A stretch of DNA of 60,130 nucleotides from Alphaproteobacteria bacterium MarineAlpha6_Bin4 (GTDB lineage Bacteria; Pseudomonadota; Alphaproteobacteria; GCA-002720895), in assembly GCA_002937775.1 (NCBI GenBank), contig PTKO01000002.1:1-60130 (forward strand), given 5' to 3'. This document shows positions 50,393 through 59,948 of the stretch, piece after piece. The notes under the pieces were generated by a model. The model was not told the origin of the DNA. It saw nothing but the letters and a program-made list of their open reading frames with translations, and made no database searches. The position numbers and the translations under genes were made by a program. Position 1 is the stretch's first letter. Each line of letters starts with the position of its first letter.

Positions 50393-50944
50393 ATGATAAA
50401 AGAAAATTCAAATAATAATATGCATGGAACTACTATTTTAGCTGTAAGGAGAAAAAATAATGTTGTTATTGCTGGTGACGGGCAGGTAAGTTTAGGTAAT
50501 ACTGTTATGAAATCAAATGCAGTAAAAGTTAGGAGACTAGCAAATAATAAGGTTATAGCTGGATTTGCCGGTGCTACAGCAGACGCATTTACATTATTTG
50601 AACGACTAGAAGGAAAACTAGAAAAACACCAAAATCAACTTACAAGAGCATGTGTTGAATTAGCAAAAGATTGGAGAACTGATCGTTACTTAAGAAGATT
50701 AGAAGCAATGATGGCAGTTGCGGACAAGTCTGTTTCATTAATTGTTTCTGGTACTGGAGATGTTGTTGAACCAGAAGATGGTTTGATTGGTATTGGTAGT
50801 GGAGGTACATTTGCCTTGGCAGCTGCAAGAGCGCTTATGGATCAAGAAAAATTAAGTGCAGAAGAAATTGCAAAAAAATCAATGAAAATTGCATCTGATA
50901 TTTGTATTTATACTAATTCAAATTTTACTATTGAAAAATTATAG
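50393..50944 (+). CDS. hslV: ATP-dependent protease subunit HslV
   Basis: [10 protein letters not shown] with the catalytic Thr. The true start may be the internal ATG at 50420. Confidence 0.95.
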   Translation: MIKENSNNNMHGTTILAVRRKNNVVIAGDGQVSLGNTVMKSNAVKVRRLANNKVIAGFAGATADAFTLFERLEGKLEKHQNQLTRACVELAKDWRTDRYLRRLEAMMAVADKSVSLIVSGTGDVVEPEDGLIGIGSGGTFALAAARALMDQEKLSAEEIAKKSMKIASDICIYTNSNFTIEKL

Positions 50945-50947
50945 ATT

Positions 50948-52309
50948 ATGGATGACACAATAAATAAAGATTTTGTTAATAAACAAAAAATAGAGGAAAA
51001 AAAAAATTTTACTCCTAAAGAAATTGTTAAAGAACTAGATAGATATATTATCGGGCAAAATGAAGCCAAAAAGGCTGTTGCTCTTGCATTAAGAAATAGA
51101 TGGCGTAGACAAAGAGTCCCTGAAGATTTAAGAGAAGAAATATTACCAAAAAATATTTTAATGATTGGTCCAACTGGTGTTGGTAAAACTGAAATATCTA
51201 GAAGGTTAGCAAAATTAGCCGAAGCACCTTTTTTAAAAGTTGAGGCAACAAAATTTACTGAAGTTGGCTATGTTGGTAGAGATGTAGAACAAATAGCAAG
51301 AGATTTATTACAAATATCAATTACGATGACACAAGAAAAATTAAGAAACAAAGTTAAAGCTCAGGCTCAACATAATGCCGAAGAAAGAGTTTTAGACACC
51401 TTGGTTGGAAAAAATGCAAGTTTAGAAACAAGGTCTAAATTTAGAGCCCAACTTAGAAGTGGAAAGCTGAATAAAAAAATTATAGAAATCGATCTTGTAG
51501 ATAACCCAAGTAGTAATGTTCCTACTTTAGATATTCCTGGAATGCCTGGAAGTCAGGTTGGTATGATTAACTTAAATGAAATATTAGGTAAAGGAATGGG
51601 ACAAAAAAAGAAAAAAAAGAAAATTGCAATTGAAAAAGTTTACAAACCATTGATGGATGAGGAATCTGATAAATTAATAGATCAGGAAAAAATAATTTCA
51701 AATGCAAAAAAAGATGTTGAAGAAAATGGTATTGTTTTTTTAGACGAAATGGACAAAATTTGTGCAAGATCCGAAAGAGTAGGAGGAGATGTAAGTAGAG
51801 AAGGAGTCCAAAGAGATTTGTTACCAATAATTGAAGGTACAACTGTATCAACTAAATACGGTTCAATTAAAACAGATCACATTTTATTTATAGCATCAGG
51901 AGCCTTCCATTTATCCAAACCCTCTGATCTTTTACCTGAACTTCAAGGTAGGCTTCCTATAAGAGTAGAATTAAATGCTTTAACTAAAGATGATTTTATA
52001 AAAATTTTAAATGAACCAGAAAATAGTTTAATAAAACAATATGTGGCGTTATTAAAAACTGAAAAAGTTGAATTAGATTTTGGCAAAGATTCAATTGATG
52101 AAATTGCAAAACTCGCAACCGAAATAAACTCAAATGTTGAAAATATTGGAGCTAGAAGATTACACACAGTTTTGGAAAAATTAATAGAAAATATAAGTTT
52201 TAATGCCACAGAAAACAAAGGAAAAAAAATAAAAATTACTTCTAAACAAGTTAAAGATGAAGTTGGAAAACTTGCAAAAAATGTTGATTTAAGTAAGTTT
52301 ATTTTATAG
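50948..52309 (+). CDS. hslU: ATP-dependent protease ATPase subunit HslU
   Basis: Walker [21 protein letters not shown] and an I-domain insertion. Confidence 0.97.
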   Translation: MDDTINKDFVNKQKIEEKKNFTPKEIVKELDRYIIGQNEAKKAVALALRNRWRRQRVPEDLREEILPKNILMIGPTGVGKTEISRRLAKLAEAPFLKVEATKFTEVGYVGRDVEQIARDLLQISITMTQEKLRNKVKAQAQHNAEERVLDTLVGKNASLETRSKFRAQLRSGKLNKKIIEIDLVDNPSSNVPTLDIPGMPGSQVGMINLNEILGKGMGQKKKKKKIAIEKVYKPLMDEESDKLIDQEKIISNAKKDVEENGIVFLDEMDKICARSERVGGDVSREGVQRDLLPIIEGTTVSTKYGSIKTDHILFIASGAFHLSKPSDLLPELQGRLPIRVELNALTKDDFIKILNEPENSLIKQYVALLKTEKVELDFGKDSIDEIAKLATEINSNVENIGARRLHTVLEKLIENISFNATENKGKKIKITSKQVKDEVGKLAKNVDLSKFIL

Positions 52310-52317
52310 TTATTTCT

Positions 52318-52815
52318 TTAAAATTTTCTTAAAAATACATAGATAGCCCCGCTGCCACCATGTTTTTTTGATGCATAATTTATTGCCAAAATTTTATTAC
52401 GCAATTTTTCTTCATTTAACCAAAACAAAATATTTTTTTTTATTTTTCCTTCACCCTCTTTTCCTTTTCCAGTTATAACTAAAACTAATCTTAAATTATT
52501 TTCTACTGATTTATTTATAAAATCTTCAAGTGAATTTTTTGCTTCTATTTCGTTAAAACCATGTAAATCTAATTTATTTTCTATATGAACATTTCCTTTA
52601 TTTAAGTTTCTTAAATTTTTTTTACTTAATGCTTCTCCTTGCCCAAATTTAAGTTCATTAAATTTTTTTATATTTTTTCTATTATTTTTAGACTTAATTG
52701 AAGCTTTATCTTTTTTTTTCTTCGGGTAACTATTTAAGTTTTCAGTAAATAGATCCCACAAAACTTCATCTTCTATAGATAATTTTTTTTTTTTAACCAG
52801 ATTTTGTAACGACAA
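52318..52815 (-). CDS. Smr-domain protein
   Basis: C-terminal Smr motifs LDLHG and VITGKG. The only candidate start is TTG (52813-52815), which overlaps the upstream gene by 23 nt, so the start is uncertain. Confidence 0.75.
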   Translation of the reverse strand: MSLQNLVKKKKLSIEDEVLWDLFTENLNSYPKKKKDKASIKSKNNRKNIKKFNELKFGQGEALSKKNLRNLNKGNVHIENKLDLHGFNEIEAKNSLEDFINKSVENNLRLVLVITGKGKEGEGKIKKNILFWLNEEKLRNKILAINYASKKHGGSGAIYVFLRKF

Positions 52816-53476
52816 GTTTCCAATTAGGATTATTAGATTTTAAATCTTTGGAAAATGTCCAATAATTTGTATGATTTTCAATATACTCGTCGTTCCCCTC
52901 TAAAATTTTTCCTTTTTCATTTTTTAACAGATTTACTTGTTCAGAAACAAATTTTACGACTATATCTGCTATCGTAGATTTTATATTAATTTTTTCTACT
53001 CCTGCACTTTTTATTGAAATTAAAGTGTGTTCTAAAAAAAGTTTTTTTCGTGATCTAGATTTTATTTCTTTTAAAAAATTGTTAAAAACGTTTGTACTTA
53101 ACAAATATTTAATTTTATCAATGTCACCTTTTGCATATGAATCAATAATGGTTTGAAATGCAGTTTTAGCTCCCTCTAAAAATTTTTTTGGTGTAAAGCT
53201 TTTATCATAATAACAAATTTTTTCTACTGACGTTGCATTTTTAAGAATACCTTTTTCATCTTTTAAAGAGTCATTAAAAATTTTGCTTTTTTCTGCTTCT
53301 TTGTCATTAATAATCTTCTTTTTCTCAGTACCTAAAGAGGTAGCTTCTTGCATAAAGAAGTTTTTAGGTCTTTTTTCATTTCCTGTTCTTCTACCTAAAA
53401 CGCTTCTTAATTTTAAAATTAAGAATGCTGCAACTAGTGCAAAAAAAATTAAATCTGGTGTTAAAAATGTATTCAT
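52793..53476 (-). CDS. Tim44-like domain membrane protein
   Basis: N-terminal anchor DLIFFALVAAFLILKLRSVLGRRTG. Its position next to secB resembles the conserved alphaproteobacterial Tim44-like gene. Confidence 0.6.
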   Translation of the reverse strand: MNTFLTPDLIFFALVAAFLILKLRSVLGRRTGNEKRPKNFFMQEATSLGTEKKKIINDKEAEKSKIFNDSLKDEKGILKNATSVEKICYYDKSFTPKKFLEGAKTAFQTIIDSYAKGDIDKIKYLLSTNVFNNFLKEIKSRSRKKLFLEHTLISIKSAGVEKINIKSTIADIVVKFVSEQVNLLKNEKGKILEGNDEYIENHTNYWTFSKDLKSNNPNWKLVVTKSG

Positions 53477-53550
53477 AAATAAACTTATACTTTAAATTAA
53501 TTTTAAAGTAAACTGAATAAGAATGTAGTCGTTTTTTTTAGTAAGCAAAC

Positions 53551-53973
53551 ATGTTTTTTTTATTTTTTATAGCAATACCAATAATGGAAGTAATTCTATT
53601 TATTACAGTTGGAAAACATATTGGATTATGGAATACAATTTTAATTATAATAGTTACTGGTATTATTGGAGCAATACTTGTAAAAAGTCAGGGAATTTCA
53701 ATTATAAACAAGGCAATGGAAGAACTTAAATCAAATAAAATGCCAATATTATCTATATTTGAAGGAATTGCCATTCTTGTAGCTGGAGCCTTTTTATTAA
53801 CACCAGGTTTTCTTACTGACACACTAGGTGGTTTATTATTAATACCTAAAACAAGAAATATTCTTATTGAATATATAATTTCATTTTTAAAAAAAAGAGC
53901 AAATTTTAAAGATAAAGAAAATAAAATATTTGAAGGTGATTATGAAGAGGTTGATGATACAAAAAAAAAGTAG
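53551..53973 (+). CDS. fxsA: FxsA-family membrane protein
   Basis: PIMEVILFITVGKHIGLWNTIL and LLTPGFLTD segments, typical of FxsA. Confidence 0.8.
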   Translation: MFFLFFIAIPIMEVILFITVGKHIGLWNTILIIIVTGIIGAILVKSQGISIINKAMEELKSNKMPILSIFEGIAILVAGAFLLTPGFLTDTLGGLLLIPKTRNILIEYIISFLKKRANFKDKENKIFEGDYEEVDDTKKK

Positions 53974-54015
53974 CTTTTTTTTAACCTATGATTAATATGC
54001 ATAAACAATAAAAAA

Positions 54016-54495
54016 ATGGCAAAAAAAGTAGATAAAAAACCTGGTTTTGTTCCTGAAGGCGCGCCCGCAGGACTATTCATTAATGCCCAATATTTAAAAG
54101 ATTTATCTTTTGAAAATCCAAACCCTTTGGATGCATACAAAAAAACTGATGAAAAACCAGATATACAAGTAAATGTAAACACTGCGGTAAGGAAGCTACC
54201 TGATAACGCATTTGAAGTTATATTAGATATAAAAACTGAGGCAAAAAAAAAAGATAAAATTTCTTTTATTGCTGAAGTAAGTTATGCTGGAATTTTTACA
54301 TTAAATCAAGTACCGCCAGAACATGAAAAACCTCTACTGTTAATTGAGGCTCCAAGAATGTTATTTCCTTTTGCAAGAAATGTTTTAGCTGAGACTACAA
54401 GAGATGGCGGCTATCCACCCTTAATGCTAAATCCTATAGACTTTGCAAGTCTATATCAAAAACAAGTAGAAAAAGAAAAAAATAAAAAGAACTAG
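54016..54495 (+). CDS. secB: Protein-export chaperone SecB
   Basis: 159 aa. YLKDLSFENPN and the LLLIEAPRMLFPFARNVLAETTRDGGYPPLML core. Confidence 0.9.
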   Translation: MAKKVDKKPGFVPEGAPAGLFINAQYLKDLSFENPNPLDAYKKTDEKPDIQVNVNTAVRKLPDNAFEVILDIKTEAKKKDKISFIAEVSYAGIFTLNQVPPEHEKPLLLIEAPRMLFPFARNVLAETTRDGGYPPLMLNPIDFASLYQKQVEKEKNKKN

Positions 54496-54511
54496 TTAAA
54501 AATATCAATAA

Positions 54512-55507
54512 TCAAGTTTGGCAGTTGTATATAGGAACATTTTTTATGTGTTTTCTTAATTTTTTATAAATAATATTTTCAAATTTTTTTTTCTTTACAT
54601 CACTATATGAATAAATTCCATTTTTATTTTCAAGATCTAATAAATTTATTCTTTTACCAGAATTTTCTTTTATAATTTTTTTAAACATTTTTTTTGGAAA
54701 TCTCATCATTCCAAAACTTATAGAATGTATGCTATCATTAGGAATATTTTTAGATATATCTAGAAATAATTTTTCGTAAATTTTTGCAAAATTACATGCT
54801 GGTATTATTGGATCAAATCTTAAACCTATTTTCCACCCTTTATTTGCTAGATTTTTCATAGCAATAATTCTTTTTTTTACACTTGGAACTTTATGCTCAA
54901 TTAATTTTGAAATATTCTCCGGTGTAAAACTAAAAGCAACTATACAATTGTCTATTGGCTTGTGTTTTAATATTTTTTGAATTTGGGTACTTTTAGTTCT
55001 TAATTCTAAAATAGCATTTTTATTCTTTTTAAAAATTGGAATAAAACAATCAACAAAGTTTGTTATTCCATCAAACGCAAGAGAGTCACAGTCATACCCA
55101 GAAAAAAAGTATGATTCTTGATGTCTATTTTGTTTTATTTTTTCTTCTATTTCTAAAAAAAAATCTTCATAATTTACAAATAAAAGATAATGTGATGACA
55201 TATGCTTTCCTTGTAAAAAACAATATTCACAATCATAAATACAATTAAGCATGTGTGAAAAATAGTAATTTTTTTTTCCTCCTATGCTAAATGATTTTGG
55301 TATATCGTGGAGTTTTCTTCCTTCTTTTTTTGCTAAAATTAAAGAAGGTTTTTTTTTTTGTATTCTGAAATTTTGAGATTTAATATTAAAAATTTCTCCA
55401 TAATGATCACAATAAATTACTTCAATTTTTTTTTTAAATTTAGATATAATTTGATTGGTTCTAGGATGATTTTTTATTTGGTTTTCAATATAAATTGTTT
55501 CTATCAT
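54512..55507 (-). CDS. Radical SAM protein of the spore-photoproduct-lyase (SPL/SplB, COG1533-like) family
   Basis: CIYDCEYCFLQG (CxxxCxxC). Its layout parallels my recollection of B. subtilis SplB: IYIE start, the cluster motif near residue 90, SFGMMRFPKKMFKKII and a terminal IYNCQT. Confidence 0.7.
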   Translation of the reverse strand: MIETIYIENQIKNHPRTNQIISKFKKKIEVIYCDHYGEIFNIKSQNFRIQKKKPSLILAKKEGRKLHDIPKSFSIGGKKNYYFSHMLNCIYDCEYCFLQGKHMSSHYLLFVNYEDFFLEIEEKIKQNRHQESYFFSGYDCDSLAFDGITNFVDCFIPIFKKNKNAILELRTKSTQIQKILKHKPIDNCIVAFSFTPENISKLIEHKVPSVKKRIIAMKNLANKGWKIGLRFDPIIPACNFAKIYEKLFLDISKNIPNDSIHSISFGMMRFPKKMFKKIIKENSGKRINLLDLENKNGIYSYSDVKKKKFENIIYKKLRKHIKNVPIYNCQT

Positions 55508-56869
55508 TTATAAAACTTTCGATAATTTATTTTTAATATCTTTTATTGGTTTTTCCCAATTACTTTTTTCTTCCTGCCTAAATATTTCTAAATTTTTATA
55601 CCATGGAGACATTCTCCCATAATTTGTCCAAGGCCAGTTTGGTACTTTTGGTTCCAGCATCCAAGTTTTTTTACCAATTGCACCTGACAAATGTACAATA
55701 GAAGTATCAGAAGAAATTATTAAATCAAGATTTTTAATAATAGCAGCTGTATCTATAAAAGCATCATCTCCAATATCAATAATATCATTATTGTCATTCA
55801 TATATTTATAAAATTTTGAATCTTTTATTTGTTCGTGTCCATTTCCCTTTTGTAAACTAATAAAATCTAAATTTTTAAATTCCAGCAATATTTCTAAATC
55901 TTTTAATTTAATTGCTCTAGATTTTGAGCCTGAAGAATCAACATTTCCTTGCCAAAATAAACCTATTTTAAAGCCTTTTTTTTCTTTTAGTTTATTTTTC
56001 CATTCTTCAACTAAATTTTTTTCAGGCTTAATATAATTAAAATTGGGAATATTTTTTAAATTGGTCTTAAACAAATAAGGTAGACTCATAATAGGTATAT
56101 AAAAATCATGATTTTCAATTGTATCTTCAAAATCATAAAATTTTTTTATGCCCCCCACAGAACTTAAAATTCTAAATAATTTTTTGTTACATTGTAAATT
56201 AACTTCTTCGCTATATTCCTCTAATAATTTTACGTATCTAACAAATTGTAAAACATCTCCAAAACCTTGTTCTGCTATAATTAGTATTTTTTTATTTTTT
56301 ATTTCATCTATTTTCTCTGGTTTTTTTTTATTTTCACTGAGAATTAATGGATAATCTGATGCTTTAAGTCTATATTCATAGTTTTTTAAACCCTCATCGT
56401 AATTTCCTTCTCTAAGCATTTCTATTCCTAAACTGTATCTAATGTCTGCCTCCATTTTATTATTTAAAATAGATTTATAATTATTTTTTAAAACTAAATC
56501 ATTAAAATTTTTAATAGCTTCTTTTGAATTTCCATTTGCAGAATGTGCAACTGCTAAATTAATTTTTGCAGGTATATTGTCTAGATCTAACTCTGTAGTT
56601 TTTTGAAAAAATTTAATAGCTTTTTCTAAATTATTTTTTTCTTTGAATGCATTTCCTAAATTATAGTATGAATGAATAAATTTTTTATCAATTTCAATAG
56701 ATTTTAAATAATTTTTAATTGCTTCATCATTTTTTTTTTGCCTTAAAAAAGAATTTCCTAAATTGTAATATAACGCAGCTAGTGAAAATTTAGAATCTTT
56801 GTCATTTGGATTTTTTTTTAGTAATTCTTCTAATTTTTTTTTTATTTCAAAAAATTTTTTTTTTTCCAT
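55508..56869 (-). CDS. TPR-repeat :: GT9-like (heptosyltransferase-fold) fusion protein
   Basis: About 150 aa of TPR repeats (LGNSFLRQKKNDEAIKNY, YNLGNAFKEKNNLEKAI). These are followed by IIAEQGFGDVLQFVRYV and DTSIVHLSGAIGKKTWML...SPWYKNLEIFRQ, typical of GT9-like domains. Confidence 0.65.
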   Translation of the reverse strand: MEKKKFFEIKKKLEELLKKNPNDKDSKFSLAALYYNLGNSFLRQKKNDEAIKNYLKSIEIDKKFIHSYYNLGNAFKEKNNLEKAIKFFQKTTELDLDNIPAKINLAVAHSANGNSKEAIKNFNDLVLKNNYKSILNNKMEADIRYSLGIEMLREGNYDEGLKNYEYRLKASDYPLILSENKKKPEKIDEIKNKKILIIAEQGFGDVLQFVRYVKLLEEYSEEVNLQCNKKLFRILSSVGGIKKFYDFEDTIENHDFYIPIMSLPYLFKTNLKNIPNFNYIKPEKNLVEEWKNKLKEKKGFKIGLFWQGNVDSSGSKSRAIKLKDLEILLEFKNLDFISLQKGNGHEQIKDSKFYKYMNDNNDIIDIGDDAFIDTAAIIKNLDLIISSDTSIVHLSGAIGKKTWMLEPKVPNWPWTNYGRMSPWYKNLEIFRQEEKSNWEKPIKDIKNKLSKVL

Positions 56870-56870
56870 T

Positions 56871-58550
56871 TTATTTGATAATCAACTTTTTGATTTCAGG
56901 TAAGTATAAGTATTCAACTTTGGAATTATCTAAAAGATTTAAAGCATCTTCTAAAGTTTCTACTAATGGTTCCCCAGCTAAATTTAATGAAGTGTTAAAA
57001 AGTATTGGAATTTTTGTTCTTACTTTAAAAGCTTTAATAAGATTATAGAAATTTTCATTTTGTTCTTTATTAATTGTTTGAATTCGGCATGTATTATCAA
57101 AATGTATAATAGCTGGAATTTTTTCTTTAATATTTGGTTTGCAATTTACAGCGTACATCATAAAAGGAGTTTGTTCCATTTTTCTTAAATCAAACCAATC
57201 ATTAACATCTTCTTCAAGAATTGTTCCTGCAAATGGTCTAAACCATTCTCTTTTTTTTACTTTATTAACTAGATCTTTTCCGTTTTTAACCCTTGGGTCA
57301 AATAAAAGCGATCTATTTCCCAAAGCTCTTGGACCTGCTTCTGATGATCCTTGAAAAATTGCAACAATATTTTTTTTTTCTATAATTTCAGAAATTTTTC
57401 TTTCGTCTGTATTTTCAACTTTTCTCCCTTTTAACAAATTTCCGTATTTTTCTGATTTATATGATGGTCCCAAATAAAGATTTTTTATAGGTTTTTTTTC
57501 AGTTTTTTTTGCTAACTGATACCATAATCTTTTTGCGGCACCTAATGATGTTCCGCCATCATGACTAATTGGTTCTATGTATAAATTTTTTTTATTATTT
57601 AAATGCTCTAAATATTTATAATTAGCTACACAATTTAATGCATACCCTCCTGATATAACTATATTTTTCTCACCTGTTAAATCAAAAGCTTTATCAATTA
57701 AAAAACACATTTGTTTTTCTGTTTCTTTTTGAACAGCATATGCAATATCTTGACGGTTTTTTTCTAACTCTTTTTTATCATTAGTTTCAAGCCATTTAAA
57801 TTTTTTTTTGTTTAAAATTGCACCATTAGGAAAATCTGGAATAAAAAAATCTTTGTTAGATAAATTTTCTTTATTAAAAAGTTGCGGAATTTTTTTGTTT
57901 TCTTTACCTAAAGCTGATAATCCCATTGTCTTACCTGCCTCTAAAACATGAAAATTACAATAATTTGTTGCTGCCTCATATGTTTTTGCTATTCCTGGGT
58001 GGTTTGTAAAAAATAATTCTTCTCCTTGTGGCCCCTTTTGTTTGGAATTTTCTCTATCCCATCCTTTTACACCTATATGTTTGTAAATTGGTAGAAAATT
58101 ATTAGGGTAAGATGCTTTAAATATACTTTCAAATTCATAGCCTGTTATACCTTCTCCCAACTGGATAAAAGTACCAGCGCCATCAACAATAAGTGCTGCT
58201 GCCGAATCAAAACCACTATTATAAAATGCTAAAGCTGCATGAAGTTCGTGATGCCTATCACCCATTTTAAAATATTGATCTTTATTTTTAATTAAACCAA
58301 TTTTTCTAGCAAACCCCATATATAAATCTTCTTGTGTCCAATCAAGCGGAGGTTCAAACGTATAGGTATGGGCAACAGCTATATAGTCAACTTTTTTGGT
58401 ATACTCTTTTAAAAATAAAAGTCCTTTAAAAGGTGCTCCATCATATTTAGAACGAGTTAAACGTTCTTCTTCAATATAAAATTCTACTTTACCATCATTT
58501 ATTAAACAAACACTTGCGTTGTGTCCTCTTGATATTCCAGCAATTTTCAT
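56871..58550 (-). CDS. NodU/CmcH-family carbamoyltransferase
   Basis: N-terminus MKIAGISRGHNASVCLINDGKVEFYIEEERLTRSKYDG and a 559-aa length, typical of O-carbamoyltransferases (NodU, NovN, TobZ family). Confidence 0.85.
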   Translation of the reverse strand: MKIAGISRGHNASVCLINDGKVEFYIEEERLTRSKYDGAPFKGLLFLKEYTKKVDYIAVAHTYTFEPPLDWTQEDLYMGFARKIGLIKNKDQYFKMGDRHHELHAALAFYNSGFDSAAALIVDGAGTFIQLGEGITGYEFESIFKASYPNNFLPIYKHIGVKGWDRENSKQKGPQGEELFFTNHPGIAKTYEAATNYCNFHVLEAGKTMGLSALGKENKKIPQLFNKENLSNKDFFIPDFPNGAILNKKKFKWLETNDKKELEKNRQDIAYAVQKETEKQMCFLIDKAFDLTGEKNIVISGGYALNCVANYKYLEHLNNKKNLYIEPISHDGGTSLGAAKRLWYQLAKKTEKKPIKNLYLGPSYKSEKYGNLLKGRKVENTDERKISEIIEKKNIVAIFQGSSEAGPRALGNRSLLFDPRVKNGKDLVNKVKKREWFRPFAGTILEEDVNDWFDLRKMEQTPFMMYAVNCKPNIKEKIPAIIHFDNTCRIQTINKEQNENFYNLIKAFKVRTKIPILFNTSLNLAGEPLVETLEDALNLLDNSKVEYLYLPEIKKLIIK

Positions 58551-59134
58551 ATTTTTAAAAATTCATTAATCAGTTTATCTATAATATTAGCATTAGTATG
58601 AATCCAATTTTCAATTTTTTTTGATGAAATATTTAAAATAGAGCTTTTTTTGTTATCTGATATTATTTTTATACATTGTACCTTTTCTGGGCCTGCATAT
58701 ACCCGAGCTCCTTTAAAAAAACCTGATGCCTCCATATCATAAAGGGAATCTGTTGTATATTTTATTTTTGGAAATCCTACTGTTATTAGAGAATTTTTTT
58801 TTATTTTTGTCTTCCAAAGTAAAGATGGATACCAACTATATTTGGTTTTGTTATCGATAACTTTTGAAACTAATATAATTTCACCTAACTTATAATCCTT
58901 ATGTCCTGCAATTCCAATATTTAAAAAAAAAGAATTTTTATCGGTTTCTTCAGCTAAGTATATTGTGGCTTTCTCCGCACTTTTTTTTCCTATTCCAGAT
59001 ATTATTAAATTAATTTTTTTTTCTTTGTTAGAAAAAAAATTTCTCGAATTTTTTTTTAACTCCCATTGATTTATAAGTGGCATTGCTTCCCTCTTCATAG
59101 CAACAACAATATTTATTTGATTTTTTTTACTCAT
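58547..59134 (-). CDS. PNP_UDP-superfamily nucleosidase/phosphorylase-like protein (MTAN/HpnG/MqnB-like)
   Basis: 195 aa. IVVAMKREA start, ISGIGKKSA and LYDMEASG segments resemble MTA/SAH-nucleosidase-type enzymes. Confidence 0.55.
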   Translation of the reverse strand: MSKKNQINIVVAMKREAMPLINQWELKKNSRNFFSNKEKKINLIISGIGKKSAEKATIYLAEETDKNSFFLNIGIAGHKDYKLGEIILVSKVIDNKTKYSWYPSLLWKTKIKKNSLITVGFPKIKYTTDSLYDMEASGFFKGARVYAGPEKVQCIKIISDNKKSSILNISSKKIENWIHTNANIIDKLINEFLKI

Positions 59135-59948
59135 AATTTTTTATTTTATTTTCATAATAAATAATTTCTTTTTTCTTTTTTCTTTTTTTTAGTCCTTTTA
59201 AATATATATTAATTTTTTTTCTAATAGTTTTTTTAGCTAAGTTTTTATTTTTTTCTGTTAAAGTTTTTTCTTTAATTATATTTTCCAAAGCCACTATTCT
59301 AAAACGATCCATTCCCCAATATTTTTTTGATAGCTGGTTGAAATGACCCCCATGTTTTATAGTAAGTTTTTCGTTTAAATATAAAACTGGAAATTTGGCT
59401 GTTATTCTTAACCAAAGATCATAATCCTCACAAACAGGGAGTTTTTCATTAAAAAAACCTAATTTTTTAAAAATATCTTTATGTATTATGACGCTTGAAG
59501 GTGATATACGACAAATATCAAGAGATTTATTGAAAATCGAGCCCCCATATTTTTCATGTTTTTTATGTTGATTAACCCTAACACCTTTTCTTATCCAAAT
59601 TTCATCGGTATGGCAAATTTTGTATTTTTTTTTTTTAGTTAAATAATTTATTTGTTTTTCCAATTTTTCAGGATGCCATTTATCATCAGAGTCCAAGAAT
59701 GCTATCCAATTGTTTAAAGATAATTTAATTCCTCTATTCCTTGCAGCGCTAACCCCTTTATTCAATTGTTTGTATACTCTTACTTTAGGATATTTTTTTT
59801 TTACATATTCTGCAGTTTTATCACTTGATCCATCGTCAATAATGATTAATTCTAAATTTTGATAGGTTTGATTTAATACACTGTTTATAGCATTTATTAA
59901 AAAAAATTTTCTGTTATAGGTTGGTATTATTACAGATACATTAAACAT
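59127..59948 (-). CDS. Family 2 glycosyltransferase
   Basis: VSVIIPTYNR, IIIDDGSSD and FLDSDD (DxD) motifs. Confidence 0.85.
   Translation of the reverse strand: MFNVSVIIPTYNRKFFLINAINSVLNQTYQNLELIIIDDGSSDKTAEYVKKKYPKVRVYKQLNKGVSAARNRGIKLSLNNWIAFLDSDDKWHPEKLEKQINYLTKKKKYKICHTDEIWIRKGVRVNQHKKHEKYGGSIFNKSLDICRISPSSVIIHKDIFKKLGFFNEKLPVCEDYDLWLRITAKFPVLYLNEKLTIKHGGHFNQLSKKYWGMDRFRIVALENIIKEKTLTEKNKNLAKKTIRKKINIYLKGLKKRKKKKEIIYYENKIKNYE

Noticed and set aside
53940-54182. 80-aa minus-strand ORF spanning the fxsA end and the secB start.
   Set aside because: It overlaps two well-supported plus-strand genes and has no motif. It is most likely a chance open frame.
54512-59948. Interpreting the operon as a hopanoid side-chain cluster (HpnG-like nucleosidase, HpnI-like GT2, radical SAM).
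   Set aside because: The radical SAM protein is SPL-type, not the B12-binding HpnH/HpnJ type. No squalene-hopene cyclase or hpn genes are in the window. The analogy is kept only as a mechanistic hint.
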